Of a stretch of 32,000 nt of DNA, positions 1 through 8,761 are shown in pieces. A program made the position numbers and the translations under genes. The stretch comes from Anaerosporobacter mobilis DSM 15930 (GTDB taxonomy: Bacteria; Bacillota; Clostridia; Lachnospirales; Lachnospiraceae). Every line of letters starts with the position of its first letter. Within the stretch, counting starts at the first letter, position 1. The stretch spans positions 232,583 to 264,582 of the forward strand of contig NZ_FRCP01000006.1 of the NCBI RefSeq assembly GCF_900142955.1, in the 5' to 3' direction. The notes under the pieces were generated by a model. It made no database searches. It was not told the origin of the DNA and worked only from the letters and a program-made list of their open reading frames with translations.

Positions 1-2135
1 AAGTATTTTCTTGAATTTTCTTCTACTTCATACTCTTGTTGTTTTACCATACTATAAGCAAAACCAGTTACATCCTCTGCACTATAACGTGGTATGATAA
101 TTCGATGTGTAAAGAATCTACGAAGCGTTTCTTCTTTCATCATTAATTCTTCCATATTTCTTGTACTATCCTCAAACAATACAAGAATTCTTCCATCAAA
201 ATGTTCTATCATCTGTATAATTGACTTCACTGAATTAGCATTCAATACGCTTGCATTCTCAATAACCAAAGATCCATCTGCTAATTGTTCCATCTTCTCA
301 AGCAAATTAATTTGATTCAACTTCAATGCACTAATCTTAGCCACTTTCTTTGTCGGAATACGGTTTAGTTTCCACATAGCAATTGCTATCGCTCTTGCTA
401 ATGAAGTTTTACCCGTTTGGATATCTCCACAAACCATAAAGTTATTACATTGCTTGCTATTATCCATATTTTCTAAGATCGAAAGTAATTGTTTTTTGAT
501 GGACTCATTATAGATGAAGTTTTGAAAAATAGTATTCAGATTAATACCATATGCATATGTGTTTTCACCATCTTCATAGATATCTTGGGAATCATGACGG
601 TAAGTCTTAGTAACATCATTCTCTTGTAATTGTCGCATTCTTTCTTTCATCTTATGCAACTCTTCTTTAGTAAGAGTATGTGCAGGCTCAGTTTGTGGCG
701 TCTCCTTATTATCTTCTGGTAATTCCTCTGTTGACTCCTGTGTTAATTCTTTTGCTTCTACTAGAGTTTCATCTTCTGGTAATATTTTGTCTTCCGATAG
801 CCTTTCTTCTTCCGATATCGTTTCTTCTTCTGATAGCGTTTTGTCTTCTGCTCCAACTTCTTCGAGTTTCTTAGTTTTCTCAGAAGTAATATCTTCTTGG
901 GAATCATTCATATCTGTAGGTGTTAATATAACTCCTACTTCCGTTACTGCATCTTCTAACCCTTGTACACTTTCAACGGCTTGTGTTAGATCCGCAGGAC
1001 TTTCCTCTTGAACAGTATCTTGTAGTTTGTCCTCTGCCTTCTCAAGTTCTTGTTCATACTCTTTAACTTTCACAACTGCATTCTCACGTGCATTTACTCG
1101 TGCTCTGACCTTATTAATCACCTCTGGTGTAAGAACATAATTTGTAGATTCTTCTTCCACTGTAGATTCTTCTATTGTAAGTTCTTCTGCTGCAGTAGTT
1201 TCTTCTGCCAATGCAGTTTCTTCTGCTAAAGTAGTTTCTTCTTCCCAAGTAGTTTCTTCTGCTAAAGTAGTTTCTTCTGCCAAAGATTGCGTCTCTACCA
1301 CCACATCTTCCTTAATTTCAGGCTCAATTTCTACTTCAGCTAAGTTAGTGTAATCACTTTCTATATTAGTTACTTTACCATTATCAGAATATAACGCTTC
1401 GCTATCCGTTTGACTGCTACCTAGGACAGTACTATCCATATCGCTTGGTGATGATACCGTAGATGGTTGGCTTACACCTCTTTGCATTTTTACCTGTCTT
1501 ATTACCTCTTCTAGACTTCTAGTAGCATCAAATTCACCAGCTCCTAGATTATCCGTAATGTTAAATCCACTTGTATAGTGTTCCTTTAATAATCGTGCTT
1601 TCTCAACCACGATTCCTTGTCCAAACCACAGAATAATATCACTACATTCATCTACACATTTATCTACTTGACCTGTTTTATGATATAACTTGGCGAGTTC
1701 ATAGGCCCATTCTTCCATATAATCTTCTTGCTTAAGCTGTTCAAGTGTTTCAATTCTCTGTGCATACGGCGTATGATTCGCTTTTTCTATTCGATAGCGT
1801 AACACCAAACGATAGGGATCTCTTGGAGCAATACGAAGATATTCATTATAAAACTCCTTCGTCTCCTCCATGTTTTTCATCACAATTGACAAGTCAATTA
1901 GCTGTTCGACAATCCTTCTAGAACAAGATTTTTCGTAAATCCTTAATAATATCTCCATGGCATCTTCATATTCATCATTGTGAATAAGAATCTCTGCTAT
2001 AACAGATAAGTCAGACATACTTCTAATCTTATCCACATTCATAGATTCAAGAATCTTCATTGCTTTCAGGTACTGCTTTTCCTGTGCAAGTCTCTTTATT
2101 TCTTTGATTTTCAGACTGGAAGCATAACGTTCCAT
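1..2135 (-). CDS. Helical-repeat (TPR-like) / acidic-repeat / AAA+ ATPase (CbbX-SpoVK-like) protein; its 3' end runs off the window
   Basis: Absent from the ORF track because there is no in-window stop. I read an uninterrupted minus-strand frame from ATG 2135-2133 (GGAGGT 7 nt upstream) down to position 1: MERYASSLKIKEIKRLAQEKQYLKAMKILES... The centre carries Glu/Thr-rich repeats (AEETTL-like x5, SEEE[TR][IL]). The C-terminal part has the P-loop FMVCGDIQTGKTSLARAIA (about 403-429), then GSLVIENASVL where a Walker B would lie. Confidence 0.8.
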   Translation of the reverse strand, partial: MERYASSLKIKEIKRLAQEKQYLKAMKILESMNVDKIRSMSDLSVIAEILIHNDEYEDAMEILLRIYEKSCSRRIVEQLIDLSIVMKNMEETKEFYNEYLRIAPRDPYRLVLRYRIEKANHTPYAQRIETLEQLKQEDYMEEWAYELAKLYHKTGQVDKCVDECSDIILWFGQGIVVEKARLLKEHYTSGFNITDNLGAGEFDATRSLEEVIRQVKMQRGVSQPSTVSSPSDMDSTVLGSSQTDSEALYSDNGKVTNIESDYTNLAEVEIEPEIKEDVVVETQSLAEETTLAEETTWEEETTLAEETALAEETTAAEELTIEESTVEEESTNYVLTPEVINKVRARVNARENAVVKVKEYEQELEKAEDKLQDTVQEESPADLTQAVESVQGLEDAVTEVGVILTPTDMNDSQEDITSEKTKKLEEVGAEDKTLSEEETISEEERLSEDKILPEDETLVEAKELTQESTEELPEDNKETPQTEPAHTLTKEELHKMKERMRQLQENDVTKTYRHDSQDIYEDGENTYAYGINLNTIFQNFIYNESIKKQLLSILENMDNSKQCNNFMVCGDIQTGKTSLARAIAIAMWKLNRIPTKKVAKISALKLNQINLLEKMEQLADGSLVIENASVLNANSVKSIIQMIEHFDGRILVLFEDSTRNMEELMMKEETLRRFFTHRIIIPRYSAEDVTGFAYSMVKQQEYEVEENSRKY
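1185..1285. repeat. In-frame tandem repeat of about 18 bp (5 units, one of 15 bp) encoding (A/L)EETT(L/W/A)
   Basis: Direct reading: agtagtttcttctgc[c/t]aa recurs with period 18 within the minus-strand CDS. A second, looser Ser/Glu repeat lies at about 770-850. Confidence 0.8.
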
Positions 2136-2399
2136 TTCCCGCACCTCCATATGCATACCGCAGAACCTCATACCAGTCATTTAGTATATTTTCTCTACAT
2201 GTTCCACGTTGTTACATCTATCCTTGTATAGTATAACAAAATCTACCATTTTATATATTTCATAGTTCTCCTTGTTATTATAGCATTTTTTGTCTACATA
2301 AGACAAGATAGCATTTCATTCAACTATAAATTTCATTATAAAATACTATATACTGATTTTCATCATGAAGTAATTTACACTACCAAAGTAACCAGCTTC

Positions 2400-2451
2400 T
2401 AAATCAAAAGAAGTCTTCGACTCTACAACACTAGTAGATGAAGACTTCTTT
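2400..2451 (-). terminator. Rho-independent terminator after the GH5 gene
   Basis: Perfect 12-bp stem, aaagaagtcttc (2407-2418) with gaagacttcttt (2440-2451), and a 21-nt loop. On the minus strand it is followed by TTTGATTT. Confidence 0.65.
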
Positions 2452-2465
2452 ATTTCAGTTATATA

Positions 2466-3500
2466 TTAGTTAACTGCCTTAACAATTGCCTCTTTAAGAT
2501 TAGGGGTAAACCATGTGAGATCACTACGATTGAATATTCCAAAATATTCATCTCCACTATTGTAATATCCATTATCCCACCAGATACAAGGTACTCCAAT
2601 GCCTGATGCCTTCTCTAAGTAATACGTTGCCCACTTGATTACTTCTTCCTCATTTGACACTTCCTTACCTTCTGCATTCACATGAGTTTTATTCACAGCA
2701 CCATATTCGGTAATGACTACAGGAATACCCTTCTTAATGAAAGCATCATTGATTAGCCCCATAACTTCATCAATTTCTTTATTCAGAGAGCCGTCCCAAA
2801 CCTCTAGACTTCCAATCTCATCTTTCGAATAGCAGAAATGATGCGGTGTATACGGATGTAGCGATACCGCTATATGACTATCTTGTGGAACACGTAATCC
2901 CTGTATCGCTTCTTCTGATACAGAAGCTCCTACTGTAGTTACTAGCAGACTTCTCTCCTGATTATTTCCACCAGTACTTCGTACCGCTTCCACAAAAGCT
3001 GCATCTAATTGATTCACATATTCACGATTTTCCTTAGAACCTCCAGTCCATTCGTTCTCACTGAACTCAATCCTTGGCTCATTAAGCGCCTCTAGTAATA
3101 GATGGTCATCATAGCAGGAAAGATATGATGCAATCTGTTTCCACATGATTTTATACTGTTCTAGTACTTGTTCAAATCCCTCTTTCTCCGGCTTAATCCA
3201 TTTGTTTTCATGATGCATATTAACAATTACATACATCTGATTATCATACGCATAATCCACTAACTCTTTCACTCTTGCTAGCCAAGTATCTGCAATCTTA
3301 TATTCAGGTGAAGGGCCAGTTTGCTCATGCCAAGTGACAGGAATACGAATTGTATTAAATCCAGCTGCTGCCACTACATCAATCATCTCTTTTGTTGTCT
3401 TCGGATTTTTCCATGCAGTCTCTCCACCAAAACAATCCATAGAATTTCCAAGGTTCCAACCTGCTTTCATAGCTTGTACTATATCCTTTGTACTTCTCAT
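2466..3500 (-). CDS. Glycoside hydrolase family 5 endo-beta-1,4-glucanase/mannanase-type enzyme, no signal peptide
   Basis: 344-aa ORF. GH5 hallmarks are GWNLGNSMD, RIPVTW, the acid/base motif LEALNEPR and the nucleophile motif VVITEYGA. The N-terminus MRSTKDIVQAMK has no hydrophobic leader. RBS AGGAGG sits upstream of the ATG. Confidence 0.85.
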   Translation of the reverse strand: MRSTKDIVQAMKAGWNLGNSMDCFGGETAWKNPKTTKEMIDVVAAAGFNTIRIPVTWHEQTGPSPEYKIADTWLARVKELVDYAYDNQMYVIVNMHHENKWIKPEKEGFEQVLEQYKIMWKQIASYLSCYDDHLLLEALNEPRIEFSENEWTGGSKENREYVNQLDAAFVEAVRSTGGNNQERSLLVTTVGASVSEEAIQGLRVPQDSHIAVSLHPYTPHHFCYSKDEIGSLEVWDGSLNKEIDEVMGLINDAFIKKGIPVVITEYGAVNKTHVNAEGKEVSNEEEVIKWATYYLEKASGIGVPCIWWDNGYYNSGDEYFGIFNRSDLTWFTPNLKEAIVKAVN

Positions 3501-3642
3501 AAAATACCTCCTAGAATGACAAAATGTGTCCCCAATTCTTAGTTCATCTATATTTATACATGTATTATACTATTGAGGGGCAACTATGAATATTGCAGTT
3601 ATTCTAGATGTTGTACTTGCAATAATAGTTATATTCATCGGT

Positions 3643-6600
3643 CTATTCGAACAAGCTTGTCTGTTCATACTGTAGCGGAATATATTCCATCTCCGTTGTA
3701 TCTACATTGCTGTGATACTCCACTACTACTGTTTGTTGTTTCTTATCGTTTAAACATTGTCCTAGTATATAATTCACATCAAACTTACCTGTTATAGCAG
3801 GTGTCGTACCTCTAGCAGGTACGATTAACTGCACCTTGTTCATCTTAAGTAGTTCAAAAATTGGTTCCCAGATGTAGACGTCTTTGGCAGCACCGAATGG
3901 GTTATCGATAAAGATAACTTTACGAAGTCCTTTATTATCGATATTGCCTGAATTCATATACGTAATATAGTTGATAATTGCGATCAAGAACTGAATATAG
4001 ATACCTTGTGATTGTCCCGTACTTCCTACTGCTTCTTCATAACGAAGGTGTCTACTTTGTTCTTTGATACGCTCTCTTTTATATAACGTCAACTTGATTC
4101 GATTCATATCCGTTACAATAACCGAGAAGAGACGTTTTAAAGATAACGATTCTCTGATATACTTAATCTTTTCGTTCGGTGTTTCATATTTATCAACACC
4201 AGCTACGATTGAATCAATATAGTCTGACATTCTCTGTCCTTGTAATTCCTCATTCACATATGGAATACTGAGACCAATCATCTGAATCTGTTCATTATCT
4301 AACATAATCTTTGAAAGCTTTGGTAGACGTTCTAGTGCCGCTTTCACATTATCACAACGTTGTAAACATTGATTCTCAAAGCTTTGCTTAATTCTCTCCA
4401 TATCCTCAAGGCCTTGTTCTATACGCGCTCTCTCCAAACGTATACAATCACATACTCCCTCTAGATTGCTCTTTAAGTCATTGGATTCTTCTAACGTTCC
4501 AGGCACTGTTACCGCAGTACGTAACTCCTGTGCAAGCTCATATGCCTTCAGAAGTTCTAATGTCTGTGCAGTCTTTTGTAATTGCTGATAGAATTCTTCA
4601 CGTTTTCTATTCGTATCTTTTACAATCGACTCTAAATCTCTAGAAAGCATCTTCACGAACCCTTCTATATCCTCTATATCTATACTTTCAACTTCTTTGG
4701 ACTTAACTAGTTCCATCTGACGATAGATTCTCTCCATATCGTCTTTGGCATTCTCGCAGACCTTAATAGCTCTTTCACTAAGTGCGAACTCCTCTTTCAT
4801 ATTCTGCTTCTTCTGTAGTATAACCTGAAGGGCAGCTTTTTGTTCCTCGATATTCGTATCTGCAGTTACTCGTAGAAGTGTCTCTTTGAATACATCACCG
4901 AACTTTTCTTCTGCTACATTTCGGGCTTGTTCTATTTTACCACCTAACTGATGCTTCAGTGCTTTCTTCTCATCCATACTTTCTCGGAGCTTGCTAAGAA
5001 TCGCTTCCCCATGAACATAATCGGCATTCTCACTCTGTATAATATCTTCACTTATAGCTACTAGCGAATGATTATTCTTCATCTCTTCTAACGTAGCTAA
5101 GCTGATCTTACGTTTTGCGATTGCTTTTAAACTTCGGTTCATGGCATTGATATAAGAATTAAGAAGACGTTCCTTATCTCCTAAATCACTGTATTCCTTC
5201 TCGAAAGCATCCTTCTTCCCTAAGAATCTTGCATCTAATTCCTCTTCTAATAGAGAAAGTACATCAAATTCTCCCTCCTTGTAGTACGGAAGGAAGAGAG
5301 TTGTCCACTGCTCTTTGCAAAATTTCAGTTGCTTATCCACAGAATCCACTTGCAGTTTCCACTGGTCATGTTTTGTTTTCCACTCGTCTCGTAATTGGCA
5401 GATTCGTTCATAACGACTCTGTAGTTCCTCACACGCGTTACGTAGTTGCGTACTCTCTTTTTCTAGTCCACGCTTTTGTGTAGTCACAGCTTCGATTTCT
5501 ACCAAACGTACGCGCTCTTGTTCATTTTCTTTCATAGTTGCAGTGATGGTAGTGATTTCATCAGACATCTGCTTCACAGACTGCTCTCTATTCATATAAT
5601 CAGAAGCTAGTTCCTGAATCTCTCTTGATAGAGAAGAGAGCTCCTGTTTGCTCTTCATATGATTTTGTTCCACTTCTGCACATTTTTTTCTATCTTCACC
5701 AAGATAATAACGGACTTTGTCCATATCCTTTTTGAGAATTTCTTCTTGCTGTTCTAATCTTCTAAGCTGTTCTTTTTCATCTTCTACTTCTCCACGAACA
5801 ACACTCTCTTCTTCCGCCATACGCTCTTCACGGTAGAATAACTCTTCTTCTCTCATTGCAAAGGTTATAGACTTCTTAGCGAAGCTTATGGTTCCTTGCT
5901 TGATTTCTTCTAGATTTAAAATCGGTATTGCATATGCACCAAAATCCTTACGCTTAAAATAACGGTCTTCCAACAATGACTCATACTCTTCCATAACAAT
6001 CAATCCATATGGTAGAATTGGTATCTTACGTAATATACGTTCTCTTTCCTTTTCAGGTAGCGTATGAAGATACGCGGTTCCCGTCATTACTTTGTCTTTA
6101 TATCTCTTCTCTAAGTATTCTTTTACCTTGGTTAACCCTTCACTCTCTACATCAAGATTTCGCTCCACAAGCTGCGTCAGATATCTTTCATTTATCTGGA
6201 TATGCTCTTTACACTTGACTAATTTTGTTACAAGTGCCTTATATTGCTCCTCTAACTCTTGTAAGCAATTATCTTTGGATACTATATGGTATACCTCTAA
6301 TAGCTTCTCATACTCCGCCTGGCGTATCTTATAACCTTCTAGCCAATCCTCGTATTCCTTAATTGTAGTAGTTATCCTAGTCTTCTTCTCTTCTTTGATC
6401 TGTAGACTGGTTTTAAGCATTACCATTGTCTCTTGACAAGAGTCTAGTTCCTGTCTGATTGCCTGCAACCTTCCTTCAGAAGCTTTGTTCTCTTCTTCTA
6501 CTTGGCTGATTGCCTCTGTAATCTCCTCAAAGAACAATAGACTTACATTCTTACGCATCTGGTTTAGTTTCTGTTGTAGTGCTACTACCTTTTCTTCGAC

Positions 6601-8037
6601 CATTGTAAATGCATTCTCTTTGATGGCACGTTCAATATCAAGATTTCTTTCCTCTTCGCCTGAATCACTTAGAACTTCGTCTGCTTCTTTTAATTTATCA
6701 AGTAATTCTGCCTTTGCAGTTTCTAAGTCCTGTACCTTCTTATCTACATGTACCTTTTTATTAAAAGCAAGCTGATTTAGTTCCTGAATCTCAACTTTAT
6801 TTCCACCTTTAATTGCTTCTAAGGACTCCTTTAATTCATCTCGATTACTTTTTTCCCTCAAATATTCAAGATAATCATTCATACTCTCTTTTAACGAGAT
6901 GTCCTTTTGCTTTCGTGCTAACATATCTTCTTGTAATAAAATTTCCCTTGTTAGTCGTTCTATCTCCTTATTGATTTGTGCAAGGTGTGTTTCGTTTTTT
7001 TGAAGTTTTGCCGCTTCTACAATAATCTCCAGATGCTTCATCTTCTGGTCTAAATCATCTTGTTCCTTACAAAGTTGCTCATAATGTGCTTGTTTACTAG
7101 CAATACATCTCTCATTATAGGTATACGCTTGGTGTAACTTCGTCTTTAGTTCTTTATCTCTTGTATAGACATGGTCAAGTATACTTAGCTGTTCTTTTAA
7201 TCCATCAATAATCTCGATCTGACGATCATAGAAATTAACAGTCGCCTTCTTCTGCGATAACTCAATTAATTTATCTTTGATACTTAGTAATGCCTGGGCC
7301 ATGGAATCTTCACTATCGTTCCCACCATCTAGATAACGGTTGTAAGCTTTTTGAATTATCTCTTCTATCAGAAGATCTTCTACCACCTTACGTGTTGTCT
7401 TATAATTGGTCTCAAAATACGTACGAACATGACCTTCTGTCTTATTAATTCCACGAATGATCTCCCATTCACTTTCATAGATGCCATAATTACTTATGAA
7501 TTGTTGATATTCTCCCTTACGATCGAACACTTCTACACGAAGTCCTGGATTTCTTTGTAATTCTTTTAAATATTGTTTGAGACCCGAATACGTAACGCGC
7601 TCATTCTCATTGATAAGTGGTAAATTACGAATATCATTCTCATTGTACTCACGGTAGAAGATACAGTAATTGAAATAATCAATGGAAGCAGTATCTTTCT
7701 CTTCCTGCGCCGTACCTTTTTTTGCACAGAAACCTGTTGTCATGTACTGAAAACCATCTTTTATGTTGTTATCATTTAACTTCCACTCAATCAAGGAATG
7801 AATGGTTGTACTCCCTCCTGATGTACGGAACAACTTCTCCACTGGTTGTTTATCATCTAATGTACAATTTGGGATTACCGTCTGCAATAACAGCAGCATA
7901 AGTACACTCTTACCACCGCCATTGGCAAGATCGTACAACATATTCTTGCCATATGGCTTCATCATGAAATCATCATAATATTGCGTACCGAAATTATATT
8001 TAACATTGTTTACACGCAATCTATTAATATGAGGCAT
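3643..8037 (-). CDS. Giant SMC-family ATPase, MukB/MksB/JetC-like (about 1464 aa)
   Basis: The track ORF is 3643..8091. I prefer ATG 8037 (MPHINRLRVNNVKY) because AAGGAGGA lies 8 nt upstream.
- N-terminal head: P-loop LANGGGKS (7907-7930) followed by VLMLLLLQTVIPNCTL, which parallels the MukB segment [25 protein letters not shown].
- Arm: about 1000 aa of E/K/Q/L-rich coiled coil, interrupted by a non-coiled hinge-like segment VMTGTAYLHTLPEKERERILRKIPILPYGLIVMEE (about 5850-6095).
- C-terminal head: signature-like GSTGQSQG (about 4003-4031), Walker B-like VIFIDNPFG (3891-3919) and QLIVPARG, which parallels MukB LSTGE...LLFLDEAARLD...QLIIAAPE. Confidence 0.75.
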   Translation of the reverse strand: MPHINRLRVNNVKYNFGTQYYDDFMMKPYGKNMLYDLANGGGKSVLMLLLLQTVIPNCTLDDKQPVEKLFRTSGGSTTIHSLIEWKLNDNNIKDGFQYMTTGFCAKKGTAQEEKDTASIDYFNYCIFYREYNENDIRNLPLINENERVTYSGLKQYLKELQRNPGLRVEVFDRKGEYQQFISNYGIYESEWEIIRGINKTEGHVRTYFETNYKTTRKVVEDLLIEEIIQKAYNRYLDGGNDSEDSMAQALLSIKDKLIELSQKKATVNFYDRQIEIIDGLKEQLSILDHVYTRDKELKTKLHQAYTYNERCIASKQAHYEQLCKEQDDLDQKMKHLEIIVEAAKLQKNETHLAQINKEIERLTREILLQEDMLARKQKDISLKESMNDYLEYLREKSNRDELKESLEAIKGGNKVEIQELNQLAFNKKVHVDKKVQDLETAKAELLDKLKEADEVLSDSGEEERNLDIERAIKENAFTMVEEKVVALQQKLNQMRKNVSLLFFEEITEAISQVEEENKASEGRLQAIRQELDSCQETMVMLKTSLQIKEEKKTRITTTIKEYEDWLEGYKIRQAEYEKLLEVYHIVSKDNCLQELEEQYKALVTKLVKCKEHIQINERYLTQLVERNLDVESEGLTKVKEYLEKRYKDKVMTGTAYLHTLPEKERERILRKIPILPYGLIVMEEYESLLEDRYFKRKDFGAYAIPILNLEEIKQGTISFAKKSITFAMREEELFYREERMAEEESVVRGEVEDEKEQLRRLEQQEEILKKDMDKVRYYLGEDRKKCAEVEQNHMKSKQELSSLSREIQELASDYMNREQSVKQMSDEITTITATMKENEQERVRLVEIEAVTTQKRGLEKESTQLRNACEELQSRYERICQLRDEWKTKHDQWKLQVDSVDKQLKFCKEQWTTLFLPYYKEGEFDVLSLLEEELDARFLGKKDAFEKEYSDLGDKERLLNSYINAMNRSLKAIAKRKISLATLEEMKNNHSLVAISEDIIQSENADYVHGEAILSKLRESMDEKKALKHQLGGKIEQARNVAEEKFGDVFKETLLRVTADTNIEEQKAALQVILQKKQNMKEEFALSERAIKVCENAKDDMERIYRQMELVKSKEVESIDIEDIEGFVKMLSRDLESIVKDTNRKREEFYQQLQKTAQTLELLKAYELAQELRTAVTVPGTLEESNDLKSNLEGVCDCIRLERARIEQGLEDMERIKQSFENQCLQRCDNVKAALERLPKLSKIMLDNEQIQMIGLSIPYVNEELQGQRMSDYIDSIVAGVDKYETPNEKIKYIRESLSLKRLFSVIVTDMNRIKLTLYKRERIKEQSRHLRYEEAVGSTGQSQGIYIQFLIAIINYITYMNSGNIDNKGLRKVIFIDNPFGAAKDVYIWEPIFELLKMNKVQLIVPARGTTPAITGKFDVNYILGQCLNDKKQQTVVVEYHSNVDTTEMEYIPLQYEQTSLFE

Positions 8038-8761
8038 TGTCGTTATCCTCCTTTGACATAATTTCATATAAGCGACCACGCTCTTCTTCAAAATACCTAG
8101 TGATAATAATACGGAAACGGTCGGTTATATAGTAACGTTCTTCACTCTCAAGAAACAAGGCTTGCGACAATAAGAAGTTGAATACAAGCTTCATATAGCC
8201 ATATCTTGATCCTCTTGATGCCTTCCCAGTCATATTCTCTTCATTAGACACACTAGGAAGTTCATCCCACAGATTTGCTATTGCTTCAAAACTATTTTCT
8301 TCCAGTTCGTTCAAGCGGAACTGTTCCATACCAGCTATTACATTATGTAACCCAGCATCGACTGCCTTCATAACATCTTCAATTCTCACGTACTCCGTAT
8401 ACGTATAGGTACCTGATCCCGTATAAAACTTGGTGATAATCTGATAGATAATAAAATAACATAGATATAGTTCCTTATTCAAACGTACACCAATTAAACG
8501 ACGTAGTTCCTCATTCGTATATCCAAACACTCGATTTTGATTCCCTGCTGTAATGAATAAAGTCTCATTGTATTCATAAAGCTTAAGATTCATCTGGGTT
8601 AACATCGTATCTAATAGATTCGCTACTTCAGCATGATCACGGTATTCTTGATATAGTTCCACATTCTTCGATGTCCTCATACTAACCTCTTCTAAAGCAA
8701 TTAGTTTTCCGAACAACTCCATGGCTTTCTCTAAACTACGGTTATCCATATTAATCCACAT
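8024..8761 (-). CDS. Putative MukE/MksE/JetB-like accessory subunit (function inferred from position and size only)
   Basis: 245-aa ORF, or 241 aa from the alternative ATG at 8749. Its start overlaps the stop of the upstream gene, and its stop overlaps the start of the SMC-like gene by 14 nt (ATGCCTCATATTAA). It is the middle gene, about 240 aa, with an acidic C-terminus, as in MukE/JetB. I recognise no catalytic motif. Confidence 0.55.
   Translation of the reverse strand: MWINMDNRSLEKAMELFGKLIALEEVSMRTSKNVELYQEYRDHAEVANLLDTMLTQMNLKLYEYNETLFITAGNQNRVFGYTNEELRRLIGVRLNKELYLCYFIIYQIITKFYTGSGTYTYTEYVRIEDVMKAVDAGLHNVIAGMEQFRLNELEENSFEAIANLWDELPSVSNEENMTGKASRGSRYGYMKLVFNFLLSQALFLESEERYYITDRFRIIITRYFEEERGRLYEIMSKEDNDNASY

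Noticed and set aside
94-1011. Three short plus-strand ORFs: 94-315, 680-874 and 787-1011.
   Set aside because: They are antisense to the long open minus-strand frame (TPR-like/AAA+ protein) that the track omitted because it has no in-window stop.
8038-8091. Upstream start (ATG 8091, MKKSVVAYMKLCQRRITT...) for the SMC-like ORF, as given in the track.
   Set aside because: No RBS precedes it, and it would overlap the previous gene by 68 nt. ATG 8037 has AAGGAGGA at ideal spacing and yields an N-terminus (MPHINRLRV...) that places the P-loop at the usual distance from the start.
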